A DNA stretch of 46,739 nt from Chromera velia (GCA_018398765.1 JAHBMJ010000492.1:1-46739); one strand, 5' to 3'; positions 1-13,850 are shown, counted from the stretch's first letter. Program-made: numbers and translations. Notes: generated by a model not told the origin, from the letters alone.

Positions 1-1216
1 ATGTGCAGCAGCAGGCAGAGAGACCCGGTGCTACCCAAGTTGTCACGCTCCCCCCCCTCACCCTCACCACTCCCCCCCCTGTCAACACCAATACCCAAAT
101 GACCGCCATCCAACAACCTCGGCCCCTCACACAAAATCTGCCTCATGACAACTTCAGGGTGCCTCATTGCCCTCCTCCTCCTGTCGGAGATTTGGTGCGC
201 CCCGAGCAAAGCCAGCAGCAGCAGCAGCAGCAGCTTCGGGAGCCAGAGTACGAGCAGACCCTATGGATTGCCCCTCGCTTCCTGCCTCGTCTCATCGGGA
301 CGGCTGGGAGGTGCATCGCAGAGTTCGAGCACCGATCTGGAGCGACGATTGTCACAGGGATTCGTGCGGACATGCACGGTATGAAAGCCCTGGCTGTGCA
401 GGGAACGATGTCGAAAGTCCGCAAGGGCACGGTGCTGGTGATGAACCGAATAGCATCCTGGGTGGCTGCCGATCAACAGGGCCCAACAGCTCGTGAGATT
501 CTGATTCCTAATGTGGCCGTCTCCCAGGTGATCGGGAAGGGTGGGTGGAAGTTGTGCGAATTCCAGCTTTTCTCGGGAGCGGCGATCACCGTGCACCCCC
601 CTTCGCAGTCTTCCAATAGTACTGTGCAGAGAGTGTGCCAGGCTCTGGGACTGCCTAGGGATGCGGCAAGGGACTTCGCAGAGATGCTCTGGGTGGCGAT
701 GGTGGGTCTTTTTTCTCTTTCCGTCTCTCAAGTCTGCACAACAGTTGACTTCCCGTATTGAGCGTGTGTGGATGAATGGCGGGGTGCATGGGTTGGGGCA
801 TCGATCGAAGGGGGGGATTTCATGTTCGCTGTCTACCCCCATGCGCATCTTGGTCTGCATGCAGTCCCCTTTCTTGGGCCCGTTCAGGTCGTCTTGGTGG
901 AGTTTTTCATTTTGCTGTTTGTATCCATATGTTTGTTTGTGCATGTGCCCCTGTGTGTGTGTGTGTGTGTGTGCAGGGACTGCCTAGGGGCTTGAACAGT
1001 TCGGAGCTTCTCCAGTCCCCTCAGGCTGTCTTCTGCCGACAGCTGAGACTGATGGGGACAGCAGAAAATGTGGAGACCTGCGCCCGTCTGATCTCTCACT
1101 TCGTGTGCGATGCCCTCCGTGTGGCTGCCTACAGAGCTGGGAGGCCCATGCAGGGTGTGCTGGGGAACAGTTCAGGGTCGGGCTCTGGGCAGGGGAGGGG
1201 GAGGTTGGTACCGTAA
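1..1216 (+). CDS. Tandem KH-domain RNA-binding protein, 5'-truncated; model join(<1..701,977..1216)
   Basis: Two KH GxxG loops: LPRLIGTAGRCIAEFEHRSGATI and VSQVIGKGGWKLCEFQLFSGAAITV. A phase-0 intron ATG|gtgggt...gtgcag|GGA (702-976) joins an exon that supplies the final KH strand and helix (RQLRLMGTAENVETCARLI). The TAA at 1214 overlaps a GTAAGT donor, so the gene may continue. Confidence 0.8.
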
Positions 1217-1487
1217 GTGAGAAGAAACGAGAAGAGACGAAAAAAGGGGAAGAGGGACGACAGAGATGTTATCGAAGGGCCGTGAATGAAAGGGGGGAGC
1301 ACAGAAAGAGTAGAGGAGGGCAAATGAATTAAGGAAAGGATGCACCAGACAATTTCTATACATTTGATCGCTATGCATTTTTTATCGTTCCGCTCTATTC
1401 GTTCTGAAAAAACTTACTCATTACTATTCCACCATTACCGTCTGTCTGTTTCTCTTTGGGGCGCAACTTGGCACGGCAATTTCGCCG

Positions 1488-1585
1488 TTTGAGGTTTCCC
1501 CTCCCCTGTGGACCAATGAGGGAAAAAGAAAAAGAATTTGAGGTTTCCCTTCCCCTGGGGACCAATGAGGGAAAAAGAAAAAGAA
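1488..1585. repeat. 49-bp tandem duplication
   Basis: TTTGAGGTTTCCCYTCCCCTGKGGACCAATGAGGGAAAAAGAAAAAGAA at 1488-1536 and 1537-1585, with 2 mismatches. Confidence 0.9.
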
Positions 1586-4500
1586 GAAAGAAAGAAAGAA
1601 ACATCTGCTGACCGGAAGGCTAAGACTGGCAGGACGCAGAGATGAAGCTGACGAAAGTGAACCGACGCGCAAGCTGGAAAGTCAGGCAGGCTGGCCGGTC
1701 AAGCCTCTCTTCTCTCTCTCTCTCTCTCTCTCTCCCCTTCTGTATTTCTGTGTGTGTGCCGTTCTTCTTCTTCCTTCCACTTGTCACTGACTTCGTCACC
1801 GCGAGCCGCAAGTTTTTTCGCTTGTGTGTGTCTTCAAGCCGGAGGTTCTTTCCTTTCATGGATGTCTGCTCTTGTAGTACGTCTGCTCCTTTCTGTCCCT
1901 TCACAGTCGTCAAACCGCCTCCACCCCAAAGCTCTTTCTACAAAAGAAAGCCTTGTTGCCTGCCGAAACGAAACACAGAAAGAAGGAAGAGAACCTGATT
2001 GTCATCGCATGAAAGCCTCAGGTGGAAGGGAAGGGAGTGGAAGCAGCCAGCGGGCGGGAATCGGCCGTTCGTTCGTTCGTTCAAGAAGAAAGGAAACCTT
2101 TTTTTTCTTTGTGTGTCCGGGATGGGATTGCAGTCTCAGCCTTAGGTATGTGTGTCAGTGACTGTAGTCTGAAGGACAGATGAGACGAACCAGCTGCTGG
2201 TTTCTTCCTCCCTCCCTCTGTTCGTTTCGTCTTTTTTTTTTTTCTTGTTTGATTGATACTCGGAGAAATGAGCAGGACGGGAAGTCTGTGAGTGGACTTA
2301 TAATAGAGGGAAACACGTGAACACTGCCGGAAAAAGAAGGAACGAAGAGAGACAGACAGGCAGATAAACAAACAGACACTAAACGGATGGACACTCTTCG
2401 CTGTCTCACCCCTATATGCATTCTCCTGAGTAAGTTGCGTCTTTCAGTTCACGGAGTCCTTCAGCAACTCCCTTCACCGTCCTGCTGTAGCTACCCGAGT
2501 CAAATCGTCACTTTTCCCCCCTGTTTTGCTCTCTCAGCCGTGTCTTTCCCCCCACTCTCTGCTCCTGTCCCAGTGTAAATGTGTGCGTTTGCGTGTGCGA
2601 AGTCAATGTGATGGGGAGAGGAGGGCAGCGGAAAGACACGAAGGTTACGGGTCAGGGTGGAGCTGTTTCTCTTGGCTCCGTTTTTGATGATTGTTCTGCT
2701 CTGCAAGTATCTGTCTTCCCCCCGTGCTTTGTTTGTCGAGGGATTCACTGCAGTCAGTGCGTCTGCATCCCTGAGTAAGGGGAAGAGCAGAATTGATGCA
2801 AAGGTCTAACACCGTTGGAATCCTTCTGTCTCTTGAGATGTTTGTCTTTGTTTGTCTGAGGTGTCTGTCCGTTCCCGCAGTGAGCGTTGCCTTCCTTTCT
2901 TCCTTCCTTCCTTTTCCCGTTTCTCTTCTCGCCTCAGGAGGGTGAAACGGAGCAAACAGGTTTGGAGTCGGGAGGAGTTGGATGACCATGAGAGAGAAGA
3001 GATCAGCAGTCTACGGTGTCGTGAACAGACCTGAATTTGAATCTATCTATCTGTCTCTGTTTTTTTTTTCAAACAAGAGGCCGTCGGTTTGACTCAGACC
3101 GCTCTGCTGAGCTGGACAAGCAACGAAATGACAAAAGCAAAAACTTTTGACCGATATTTCTTTGTTTTTTGCCCCGACTCACTCACTTCCTCTTTGCGAA
3201 GGATAAAAAAGAAGGCCTGTGTGCCTCGGTCTTCTTTTCCTCTTCTTCTTTGCAAAAGGGCAAAAACTGCACAACACAGAAAAAAGAGAACAAAACATCT
3301 TGATCCGTCAGCTCGTCCTTCCTGCCGAAGTGAAAAACTTCTGACCTGCTTGGCCGTGATGCAAGGTCTTCCTTCCACATTATTTCCAGCGCCTCGTGCC
3401 CCTTCCATCCGTTCTTTCTTATGTCCCATCAGTCTTTCTTTCTGCACCTGATTCGGGGGCGTTGCAGGTGCTTTCTCTCTTTCCTTTTTCTGCTTTTGTT
3501 TCTTCTGCTTCTTTCTGATGTATGCACACATCCCCTAACTTTCCGTCGCGGTAGATTTGCGTCAGTTTCCCCCTAGCTCTTACCCGTACTGCCTTTTTTC
3601 CCTGCTGGGCCTTCCTAGAGCCATGAATCCCCTTCAACGCCGGAAGAAGTTGCTCTCCTTTCGTGCAGACGAGATAGACGGAATAGAGGGACTGCAGCAA
3701 GGCAGGCTTTGTGAGAGAAAGCCGACTGCGTTCGAGAAAGAGATGGAGAGGGAAAGAAGGCAAGTAAACAGAGTGCTCGAATCCCAAAAAGAAGAACGGA
3801 CAGACAATTCTGGATTCGTATGTGTCTTTGAGGGGCTAAAGGCCAAAAAGGGAAAATGAAAAGGAAATGCGAAGAGAAACCAGGTCAAAACCACCTCCTT
3901 TTGCCCTGCCTGGCTTGTCGTCGTTCCACCCTTTCAATCGACAGACCGAACCCTCCCTGCTGTTTTTGCCTTTGTTGCACGGATCGGAACTCATCGCCTG
4001 CCTGCTGCACGGGTGTTTTTGGACTTTTTCATACCGCTCCGTCCATGTTCTGTTTTTCTGCAGTGGCTTTCTTTCATTCTTTCTTTATTGCTCCCTGTCT
4101 TTCTGTGCTTCGTCTTGTTGTCCCCCCCCCCCGTTCCTTTCCCTCTTTACATGAATCAAATGACAGGTGGGTTGCTTTCTCTCTGTGTGGGCCGTCAGAC
4201 ACTGCGGCGGAGAGCCGGAGTCTGGCGTGGGCCGGGGGCTTTCTCCCTCGCTCCTTTCCGTCGTTTCTGGTTTTTTTTTCTCTATCTTCCGTTGTTCCTT
4301 TCTTGTGTACTGCATTCTATCTGTGAGAAAATTATTTGCACATCTCTGCCCTTCATTCGCACTTTTGTATCAATACATCCGCCCACGACTCAGTAGAGTG
4401 GATGAGGTTTCCGAAGACATTGTCACTCTGCATTTTCACTCACTGGCTTCTTTATTTTTTTCGATCGATGTCGGAAACTCTTTGGTTGTCGCTCTCCATC

Positions 4501-5512
4501 TCTTTCTTCCTCTTTGCTTTCCTTATCCGTGTTGAAGTCTTCTCTAGCCTTGCTTGGCAACCTCAAGATGGGTGGGTACTTTCTTGCTCCTTGCCTATAT
4601 CCGTCACCTTTGTACAGCAGCGAAATTGGCTTGAAAGCTGGATCTCATCCAGTCGAGTGAGAGAAACACGGAAACACACAGCTGGGCGGTCTCAAAGTCA
4701 CTGCGCGCGGGGGTGTTCACGCGGACAGACATTGAGACATGTAGACCGATAGACGGAAAAGCTTCGGCAGGCAAGAATGAGTGGATGCATGCGGTTGGAT
4801 TGATGGATGTTGTCTTGACCGTAGGATGGCGTTTCCGTGCATTTGAGTGTGAGTGTGTGTGTCTTTGTGAGCGCGCGTTTGTGACTGTGTGTGAGTGCGT
4901 ATGTTGCAATCGATATCGCGAGCCAGCCTGGGGTTACCTGATCTCCCCCGCGGTACTGCTCTGTAAATTTGTGTGAGTGTGTGTCTGTCTGTCTGCTGGT
5001 CGTGCTTTTTCACCTTTGGTTGGTTGGGTCTTCTCTATGGAACTATCTCTTCCCCGCCTTGATTGAAGGCTTCTTCCTTCCTTAGAGCTTCTCCCCTCCC
5101 CTCACTCACTCTGTCGTCTCTGGCCCTCTTTCGCAGTTCGAGCGCGCGAAAGAATAGGGTTCATTTCCTTCCTTCCATCCGATCAAAACTTAGGTGGGAT
5201 TGCTGTGCGGCGGCATGGAGGAGTTGTTTGAATGAGGGAGACTGGTTGCGGCAGGAGAAAGTGGGGAACCGGTGACTCATGACTGAACGAAGAGGTACGA
5301 AGATGGGAAGGTGTGTAAAGGGATGGATGTACCCAGGTCCTGCATGCACGTTTTTTGCGTTTCCTTCTCGGCTGAAGGAGAAAAGGAAAAGAAAAGACGA
5401 GAAGACAGGACAATCTGTCCTTTCTTCTTCATGGTAGATCTGCTTTCCTTTGATTCTTTTTGCCGGCACGTCGGTTTGTTTGTGGGGGTGTGTCTTGCCT
5501 CCGTCTGGCTGT

Positions 5513-5549
<37 letters not shown>

Positions 5550-6945
5550 TTCTTGAGAAGTCCGGGGGCAAAGAGCGAGCCCATCTGCAGTCACCCGAAG
5601 GACTTCCTTCCTTCCTTCCTTCCCTTCCTTCCTTCCTTTCAGGAACAAGAGATACCCGCAAAACACAACGAAGAAACTTGCAAACGCAGTGGGACCTGAC
5701 AGACAGACAAATCAGCAGCATATCAATATTAATATGTTCCGCAGACAGAGCATGAACAACAAGAAGGAAAAGAAAAGTGAGCCTGTGTGGCCATGTCACG
5801 GTACTACTCCCACCAGAAGAACAAACACGCACACACTCTTTCTCTATCTTTCTTTCATTTTGCCGGAGACAGAGAGAGAGAGAGTCCCCCATTCCTGGAG
5901 AGTTATTCCCCTCTCTTCTTCTCCTATTCTTCTCCTGTTGGTCGATCTCGAGCTGTTTTGATTCTCTTGATCGGTGAGTAGAAGTGAAATAAACCGGCGT
6001 CATTTCGCCGTACTCCGCACTTTGGCTGCATCAATCAATGTAATTGTTGTGTTACGGCAAAAATGTTTTTCTCTCTTGTTTTTCCTGCAAGTTGTAGACA
6101 TGAGAACGCGTTTACTGAATGATTCTTCCTCTGCGCTCGGGCTGTGCATGCTTACGAGACAGAAAAGTGGTTGCTGAAGGATGGGATGTTTTTCTGATGG
6201 GCCAAGTGCACGATAGAGGACAAGATGGAATTGAGTGTCCTGCTGGCCTGCTAATTGAACACTATGCGGGTCTGTTGCAGTGATGCGTGTGTGTGTGTGT
6301 GTGTGTGTGAATGTCTGGTACTGATTGCTGGATCGATATGCTGATATGCCCACAAAGCAGTGTCTCGCTGGCCTTCTGTCGAGATTGCTGGCCCCCTCCC
6401 ATTCTGACTCCTGGATTCCGAGTAAGGAAGGACCGAAGGGAAGAAGGGAGTCGGGGGAACCTCAAATGTCGCGGGAGTCTGCAGGAATTTAAGGGGGATG
6501 AAGCTTCTCTTTGAGAAACCATCGAAGGAATCTAGGAAAGAATCGAAGACGAAACTCCTTGATTTCCACCACGCTTAACAAGGTCTCCTCATAGACTGCG
6601 GGCATCTCTCTGCTACTTTGACTGCGCAGAAAAACCGAGGGGAAACCATGACTTTCCGACTTCGAGTAAGGGAGGATCCGAAAGAAGGAAGAGAGTCCTA
6701 GGTCAACATCCCTTTGCAGAACTGTTGCAGCTAGTGTTGCAGAAAGCAACTTACTAGAAGCCTTAGGCAGCGGCTTTAATTCAGAGTAACTTTGAGGCTT
6801 TCAAACAATAATAGATTTTAAAAAGCATTTTCTTTGTATATGGAGTAATTAAGAGTGATCGATCATTAATGAACAGTAATCGTTAGATTCGTTACTCATT
6901 AGGCCGCTCTGCAGCTTATCATAACTCTTACATACGTACTGCTAT

Positions 6946-8382
6946 CAAAGGTGTTTAATCACGGAATATATTTATTCACTAGTTACTCACTTCAAAAGTA
7001 ATATAATCAGGAATATATTCAGGAATATATTCTTAAATTAATTAAGGGGGTCCGCCCCCCGGGCTACATTTTTGTTTTTTTTTTTTAAATACACTTTATG
7101 ACTATAAAAAATTGGTTTTAAAAAAGATAAACAGTTACTATACTAGACTGTGTTACAGTGTTACTAAAATTTTATAAAATCTTATAATTTATAAACTTAT
7201 TAAACTAGCAAATAATATATCATATGAATACGCGGTTGAAAGTTCATACACGTTCTCATTGCATGAACATGCACATACTACACGAAAACACGCATGCACA
7301 CTGCAGCACACACTGCATAGCAAAAGGAGGCCTTACTGTATGCACTACGTAAGATACACTCTTTTTCACTTTCAGCATTCGAACGCGAAATACCAAAACA
7401 CCACAAGCACTGTCGAGCAAAAAATCATCTGGGTACAAACAAGCAGAAAGATGTATGCAAAGACATAAATGTAGATATCAATCATGCAAATGCGCATACA
7501 AATAAGAGAAACATGCACACATCGACGTCAATTGAGACTCATTGAGTCGTTGCCCCCCTTTTCAAATTTCATCTTTTAGCCGGGGGGCGGCCCTTCGCTT
7601 TTGCACCTCCAGACTGAGTCTGCACTGGAGCACTGGGGCCCGATCTAATTGGTACGGGCTTTGGGGGCCTTGCTGCTTCTCGTTGTACCACCTTCCACCA
7701 CGTAACTTCACGCATGCTGATGTACGAACCTCGGTTGTCACAGTCTTGGTATGTTGCCATGTTTTTTCCATTCACTATCCCTTCCATCCATCTAATCTGA
7801 AGGATTCCCCCTGCTTCCTAACTTCTTTCTTCAGCATCTTCAATTGGAAGCTTGGTTTGCGGTACGACCCACGCCTTCAGCTTTCCTGACTGATCAATTC
7901 CTGAGCTTGACTTGTATTGAACCTCAATCACATCACCATGCTCGAGTCATCTCAGACTGGTATCATGGCTTGCTGTGACTTTAAGTTTGCATCTTACCTT
8001 GTGTTTGAAACTCATGTATGAAGACCCGATTTTTGATGCAACCTGTACAATCGGCTATTCGGCTCCGAATGCATGCACCGATGCATGACTGCGGCCACTA
8101 GTAGGAGCGATGCATAGGCCGTGCCGGTGCGTGCATGGCTGGCCCGGGCTGCATGGGCTGGGCCATGCATACAGTGCACTGGATGTGCACAAGCCTCTAG
8201 GCTACTCCCAAAACATTTGTTTTTATAACATAAAAAAAAAACCACGCACCATTAGAATGACCTAAGGTATTAAAGACTAGTAAGAATCGGACTTTGGCTA
8301 ATTAATCACTTTATTCAATCACATTCAATCACTTCATGGGATAATTAAATATATTCTAATCACAAGTGACTAAACACCTTTG
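6946..8382. mobile_element. Non-autonomous TIR DNA transposon, P-element-like (CA...TG ends, 8-bp TSD)
   Basis: 17-bp TIR CAAAGGTGTTTA(A/G)TCAC at 6946-6962 and 8366-8382. Perfect TSD ACTGCTAT at 6938-6945 and 8383-8390. Subterminal GAATATATT repeats. No intact transposase. The superfamily is inferred from the termini and TSD length only. Confidence 0.8.
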
Positions 8383-9134
8383 ACTGCTATATTGTTGGTG
8401 CGTTAATTTTATTTGGTTTGAAAAGGGGCAGAGTGTCAGAGTGTTATAGTTTAAACTTAATTAGAAACTTAGTTGTGAGTTAGGTTTGATATTTTCTTAT
8501 AATTTTTACTTACAAAAGTGGTTTTGTTACACTTTTTATTTCTAAAAGAGGTTTTAAGTAGTAAGTACTTTGTTTTAGCTCAACTCATATTAAGGGGGAC
8601 TTTAATGAAAGTCGACCCTGTATATCCCCTTAGCTACTCTTAACTAACCCAGTGTGTTTCTCTCTAAAATTGAAAATCATGGAAGATCAGTAGCTGCCTG
8701 GAGTTCTACATGATTCTACATGCACGCCCCCCACACACACACCCCATGGCGGACCGGTGGGCCGGCCGTGTACCGCGGCATATGGGGAGCCGTTGGCTAG
8801 TGTATGAGTCTGCATGGGCTACATGGTGGCCCCGGAAAGTGAAGCGGGGGGCACTTATAAAACAAAAATACCCTAACCCATGCATACAATGTCTTTCATC
8901 AAAGATCCCACCCAAATGGTCTAGAAAAGCGTGAACCCGTCGCCATGCATGCGTGCGTCAGATAGGTGGCCCCGGAAAGCGACTGTGGAAAGGCTGAATG
9001 CAATCCGCAAAATCTTTTGCAGCAGCAGCAAGCATTTGCTTTGCCGAATTTGCGCCATGCATGTGTGCGTCAGAGCATACCCCCGGGTTTTTTTCCTGGG
9101 GAAGGGGGGGTTCCGCGGCTTTTCCCGCGGAGGG

Positions 9135-9457
9135 NNNNNNNNNNNNNNNNNNNNNNNNNNNNNNNNNNNNNNNNNNNNNNNNNNNNNNNNNNNNNNNNNN
9201 NNNNNNNNNNNNNNNNNNNNNNNNNNNNNNNNNNNNNNNNNNNNNNNNNNNNNNNNNNNNNNNNNNNNNNNNNNNNNNNNNNNNNNNNNNNNNNNNNNNN
9301 NNNNNNNNNNNNNNNNNNNNNNNNNNNNNNNNNNNNNNNNNNNNNNNNNNNNNNNNNNNNNNNNNNNNNNNNNNNNNNNNNNNNNNNNNNNNNNNNNNNN
9401 NNNNNNNNNNNNNNNNNNNNNNNNNNNNNNNNNNNNNNNNNNNNNNNNNNNNNNNNN
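9135..9457. other. Assembly gap (323 N)
   Basis: Run of N. The flanks are homopolymer-rich and probably low quality. Confidence 1.
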
Positions 9458-10199
9458 GGGGGGGGGGGGATTGGCGCGACCGCCCGGTCGGGCCCAGGCT
9501 TTCTAGACACCGCGGCGTTTACGGTCAAACGCCGCGGTGCCGCGGAGCGGCACCAAAGGCCGCAGAGCGCTCGAAGGGCGCAGCGCGGCGCGCTGCGGTT
9601 GTAAAACCTTGAAGAAAGGGGGGAACCGCGGCGTGATTATTCCGGTCTTTACCTTTTCTGAGGTAAGTTGAACCAAATTGATCAGCAATTGATCAAATTT
9701 ATCATTGAAACACCTTAAAAAAATTTTTGTGGCGCCTGCGGCGCGCAGAAAAAACCGTTTTGACGGTATATGGGGCCATGTCCCAAATGGGAGGGGGCGC
9801 CGCCGCGGAGGGGCCTGGAGGGAACCGCGGCTGCGCCGCGGTGCTAAAAATGCCCGCTCTAGAGAGCCTGCGGTCGGCTGGCCGGCGTGCGTCAATCGTG
9901 CAGTTCTCATTTTTCTTGCTTTCCGGCCGACTGCATGCCGGCCAGGAAGCCATATGGAAGCCATGCATGCACATGTGCACATGGAAGCCTCGCAGATCAA
10001 GCATGATCAAGCCAACTAGCGGCATGCTTGATCCAGACAGTGTATACGTACGACGGGCGAGTTCGATCAATCTAGAGGAGGAACGGAACTGAGCGGAGTG
10101 CTGCGAGACCTTGTAGAGCGCGTCGAAGCACGACAGGTCCACTCCGTGGATCCACTTGATCTACGACCTCCCCCCCACACTTGATCCAGCCCAGCCGTG

Positions 10200-11309
10200 A
10201 TGGTTTCTATCCTTCCTGTTGCTGTGACTTTGGGTGTGGTCGTATTCAATGTCGTCAAAGTCCGACACGAAGCCTTGACCCTGCCCCCTTCAGAACCGCC
10301 TCTCATCGGTCAGGACCTTTTTGTTGCTGACTGGTGGATGACTTGCTTCTGTGGCGTCTCCGAAATTGAAAACTTCTGCAGACACACGGCCTCACCCGGC
10401 CCCTATTGATTTTTTGCATGCACCTGCAGGATGGCCTTACGTCGGCGAGCTTGTAGATCTGGCGAACTCCCAGGGGTTCTGTCACGACTCCGGCCTCTGT
10501 GACTTCCTTAACGACGCCGTTCGAAGTCCGGGAGTGGCCAAAGGAGTGAAAAAAACTGGAGTCACCATCGGCATTGCTCTACTGGTCCGTCTACATGCAC
10601 CAGGGAGACACAGCGGGTGCACAGCGACTCTTTCTAACACAAACTGGTGATATTGATCTGTTTTCTGGTTGAATGCAGGCCCACGTAGCCAGCTGCGTGT
10701 TGGGGTTCGTTCTCTCGATCCTCTGGTCTGTGTGTGCGGCTCTGCTCCGGTGTCTAATCCTGACACCCATCTGGGCATTGCTGTACTGCCTGGGTCTCTG
10801 GGGAACGGTCGATGAGGGCATCGTGACTCCATTAATGGATACTTTCGGGTGTGCTGAAACCAAAAAGGAGGCGTGGATGGCGGAACAACTCCAAAGGAAA
10901 CATGTGGTGGGACAGACCAATGCACAAAAACAAACCTGGAGAGCATCCACAAAAGTGTACGTCGGAGTGTATCTGTCCCTGAAATTTAATGTTTGTATTT
11001 GCTTTTTTGTGTGTTCTTGCATGCCCTTTGCTGCGTGGTCTTTTTTTAGCTTCACGCACGCTGAGTTTGCACTCCTTTAGTTTGGAGGTGGACGTTTTCC
11101 TGGATTGTCTTCTCTTCTTCTTCTTCTTCTTCTTCTTCTTCTTCTTCTTCTTCTTCTTCTTCTTCTTCTTCTTCTTCTTCTTCTTCTTCTTCTTCTTCTT
11201 CTTCTTCTTCTTCTTCTTCTTCTTCTTCTTCTTCTTCTTCTTCTTCTTCTTCTTCTTCTTCTTCTTCTTCTTCTTCTTCTTCTTCTTCTTCTTCCTCTTT
11301 TTCCTCTTT

Positions 11310-11345
<36 letters not shown>

Positions 11346-11846
11346 TTCTTCTTCTTCTTCTTCCTCTTTTTCCTCTTTTTCCTCTTCTTCCTCTTCTTCC
11401 TCTTCTTCCTCTTCTTCCTCTTCTTCCTCTTCTTCCTCTTCTTCCTCTTCTTCCTCTTCTTCCTCTTCTCCCTCTTCTTCCTCTTCTTCCTCTTCTTCCT
11501 CTTCTTCCTCTTCTTCTTCGTCTTCTTCTTCTTCTTCTTCTTCTTCTTCTTCTGCTTCTGCTTCTGCAGAACTTCTGCTTCTGCTTCTGCTTCTTCTTCT
11601 CCTCCTCCTCCTCCTCCTCTTCCTCTTCCTGTTCCTCTTCTTCTTCTTCGTCTTCCTCTTCTCATCACGACCTTGCTCACGTTCCTCTTCTTTTCTGAGG
11701 GCAGAATCGATGTGCCATTAAGCTCTCCATCCCTCCTAGGTGTCTCCGTCCTCTCTCCTCGTTCTGCTGAATCATCCCTCTCTTCCTGCTTGTCTGCTTG
11801 TGTGTGTATGTGTCTGCGTCTTAGTCTGCGTCTTCGTCTGCGTCCC

Positions 11847-11891
<45 letters not shown>

Positions 11892-12113
11892 GTGTGCCCC
11901 GTCTTCTCGCCCCTGCCCACGTTGTCTTTCGTTTGCCTTTCGCGCTTTGTCCATCCCCTCGTCTGTTGTGCACGCGAAAGGGATAAGAGAGGGGAAAAGA
12001 ATTCCACAGTCCTGTCTGTCAGCTGTCCGTTTTTTGGTCTGCTCAAATGAATCGAAAACAGCCGTGCAATATTTCTCTCTCCACCCCTACCGGTCCCCTG
12101 ACACAAATATGCA

Positions 12114-12155
<42 letters not shown>

Positions 12156-12680
12156 GTCTGTCTCTGCAGAGCCATCAGACAGATACGAGACGAAGCAAAG
12201 AGGCGGACAGCAGCCATCAGAGCAGAGCGCCAAAACCTCACACGTCCCGACACAAGACCCACACTTTCATCAGCAGGGCACAGCCCTACGCCCATCCCCC
12301 CCACCGCCCAAACCCCCACCCCCGTCCCCCGAGGAGCTCAGTACCCCGGCCCGGCTGTGCCCAGCGAAGCGTCCCCATCAGACTCCAGAAGAACGAAAAC
12401 CCGCGCTGACCCCCAGGGATCCCCCCCCGCAGTGCGCACACCGATGCCCTCAAATGGACCCACCCCGACACCCCAAAGAGACATTTACGGAGGCCCTGCC
12501 ATGCAGCCCATGCCCCAAATGGCACAACCACCAACACAGACCGCGCAACAGGAGGAGACTATGGCGTCGGGGGGTGGGCTGATGCCTCCTGGGTCGGGTG
12601 GCGGCGCGCTTCGTCAGAGGAGAGACGACGGCTCGGGTCGCCCTCGGAGTCCGTCTCCGGGTCCGGGGCTGGATGTGTAG
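10200..12680 (+). CDS. Putative multi-exon membrane protein of unknown function; exons 10200-10308, 10430-10584, 10679-~10956, possibly 11705-11739, and 12170-12680
   Basis: The first three exons join with phase-compatible GT-AG sites (PPLIG|WPYVGEL; IALL|AHVASC). There is a hydrophobic N-terminus plus further hydrophobic segments, and a Pro-rich terminal exon after ctctgcag. The connection across the TTC tract is unresolved and I recognise no family. Confidence 0.5.
11110..11662. repeat. ~550-bp (TTC)n/(GAA)n triplet tract with (TTCCTCTTC)n higher-order segments
   Basis: About 60 uninterrupted TTC units from ~11113 to ~11294, followed by 9-bp periodic variants. Confidence 0.97.
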
Positions 12681-13850
12681 CCTGACTCCGCTTCACTCAA
12701 TTATGCGAAGAGGGGAGGAAGCACGAAGTCTAATGTAGCACGAGCCGACTGTGATTGATGTGAGGGGGGTTTGATCGGACAGATGGTGGGCTTCTTCTAT
12801 TTGTTTCTATCGATGGCATTCCTGATTCGATGTAGACGTTGCAGAATCAACTCCACATTTTCTCAGCCTTTTCATCTATTTTTCATGGAGACTTCTTTTA
12901 AGTTCTTTAATACCATGGCCGGCATAATGCAGCGACCTTCTGCTTGGTCCAGAACTTGGCTGGCACTAGGGCTGGCAATGACACCTGGCAATGTTGAAAT
13001 CTAGTTTAGCATCCACTGCCATCCAGCTCAACACATGTACCTGTATTGATTGCTCTTATAATAGACTTATATAATAATAAGTTATATTCTCACTGCGGCA
13101 CTACGGCAGTGTGTTTTTCTCAGTGCTACTCTGTCTTATCTTTATGCTACTTTATACGGTAACTTATATCTGGTCTCATATGACCTATAGCACTAGGAGG
13201 CGCAGGAGGAGGGGCTGGGGGCGGTCAGGGGCATGACGGCATCTTGGATACAAATCTGGGCGGGGGGCTAGGTGGGGGGCAGGTAGGGGAGCGACTTTTT
13301 GAAGGGAAGAAGGGCGGTGTCTGTTGTACTTCACTAGGTGCTAGACTGGGCGCGCTGCCTCTCTTATCTCTCTTTTTCTTCTACATGTTTATTATTACCA
13401 GTTTCTTAACTTAACCTAGGCTAGAACCTCGGACTTAATACGTCATTGACTCTTGGACTCGACGGACTGACTTAGAGACTAAGTGAAATCATGTCAGTGT
13501 TGACCTAGGTGTTGACTTCAATTTTTTTTGTCAGCGTGAACACGTTTAGAAACAAAAAAAAAAAAAAACTAAATGGGGTAAATGCCTAGGTAAATGCTCT
13601 TATTTTTTTTTTGTATTGGTCGCCTAGCTATGGCATAGGTCTATAGGACGCGATTATGTTACGATTTCTGTCCAGAGCATTTAATTATATTTAGTATCTT
13701 GATCATACATTAATTGATTAGTAGTTTTGTTTTTGTATCTTACGATCGAATCTGAGATAGATCAAATAACAATTAACAAATTGTTAGACAAATTGTCAAC
13801 AATTTTCCGGATTCAAGGACGGAATTGGACGGATTGCCCCGCGCAGTGTA

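Noticed and set aside
1600..6780. Many short ORFs and scattered splice-like signals
   Set aside because: No recognisable domain and no phase-consistent exon chain could be built. A gene may be present but I cannot support a model.
8931..9612. ORFs of 150-210 aa
   Set aside because: They span the N gap and its low-quality flanks.
10832..12319. Long poly-Lys, poly-Phe and poly-Leu ORFs
   Set aside because: Stop-free translations of the TTC/GAA tract in several frames, not proteins.
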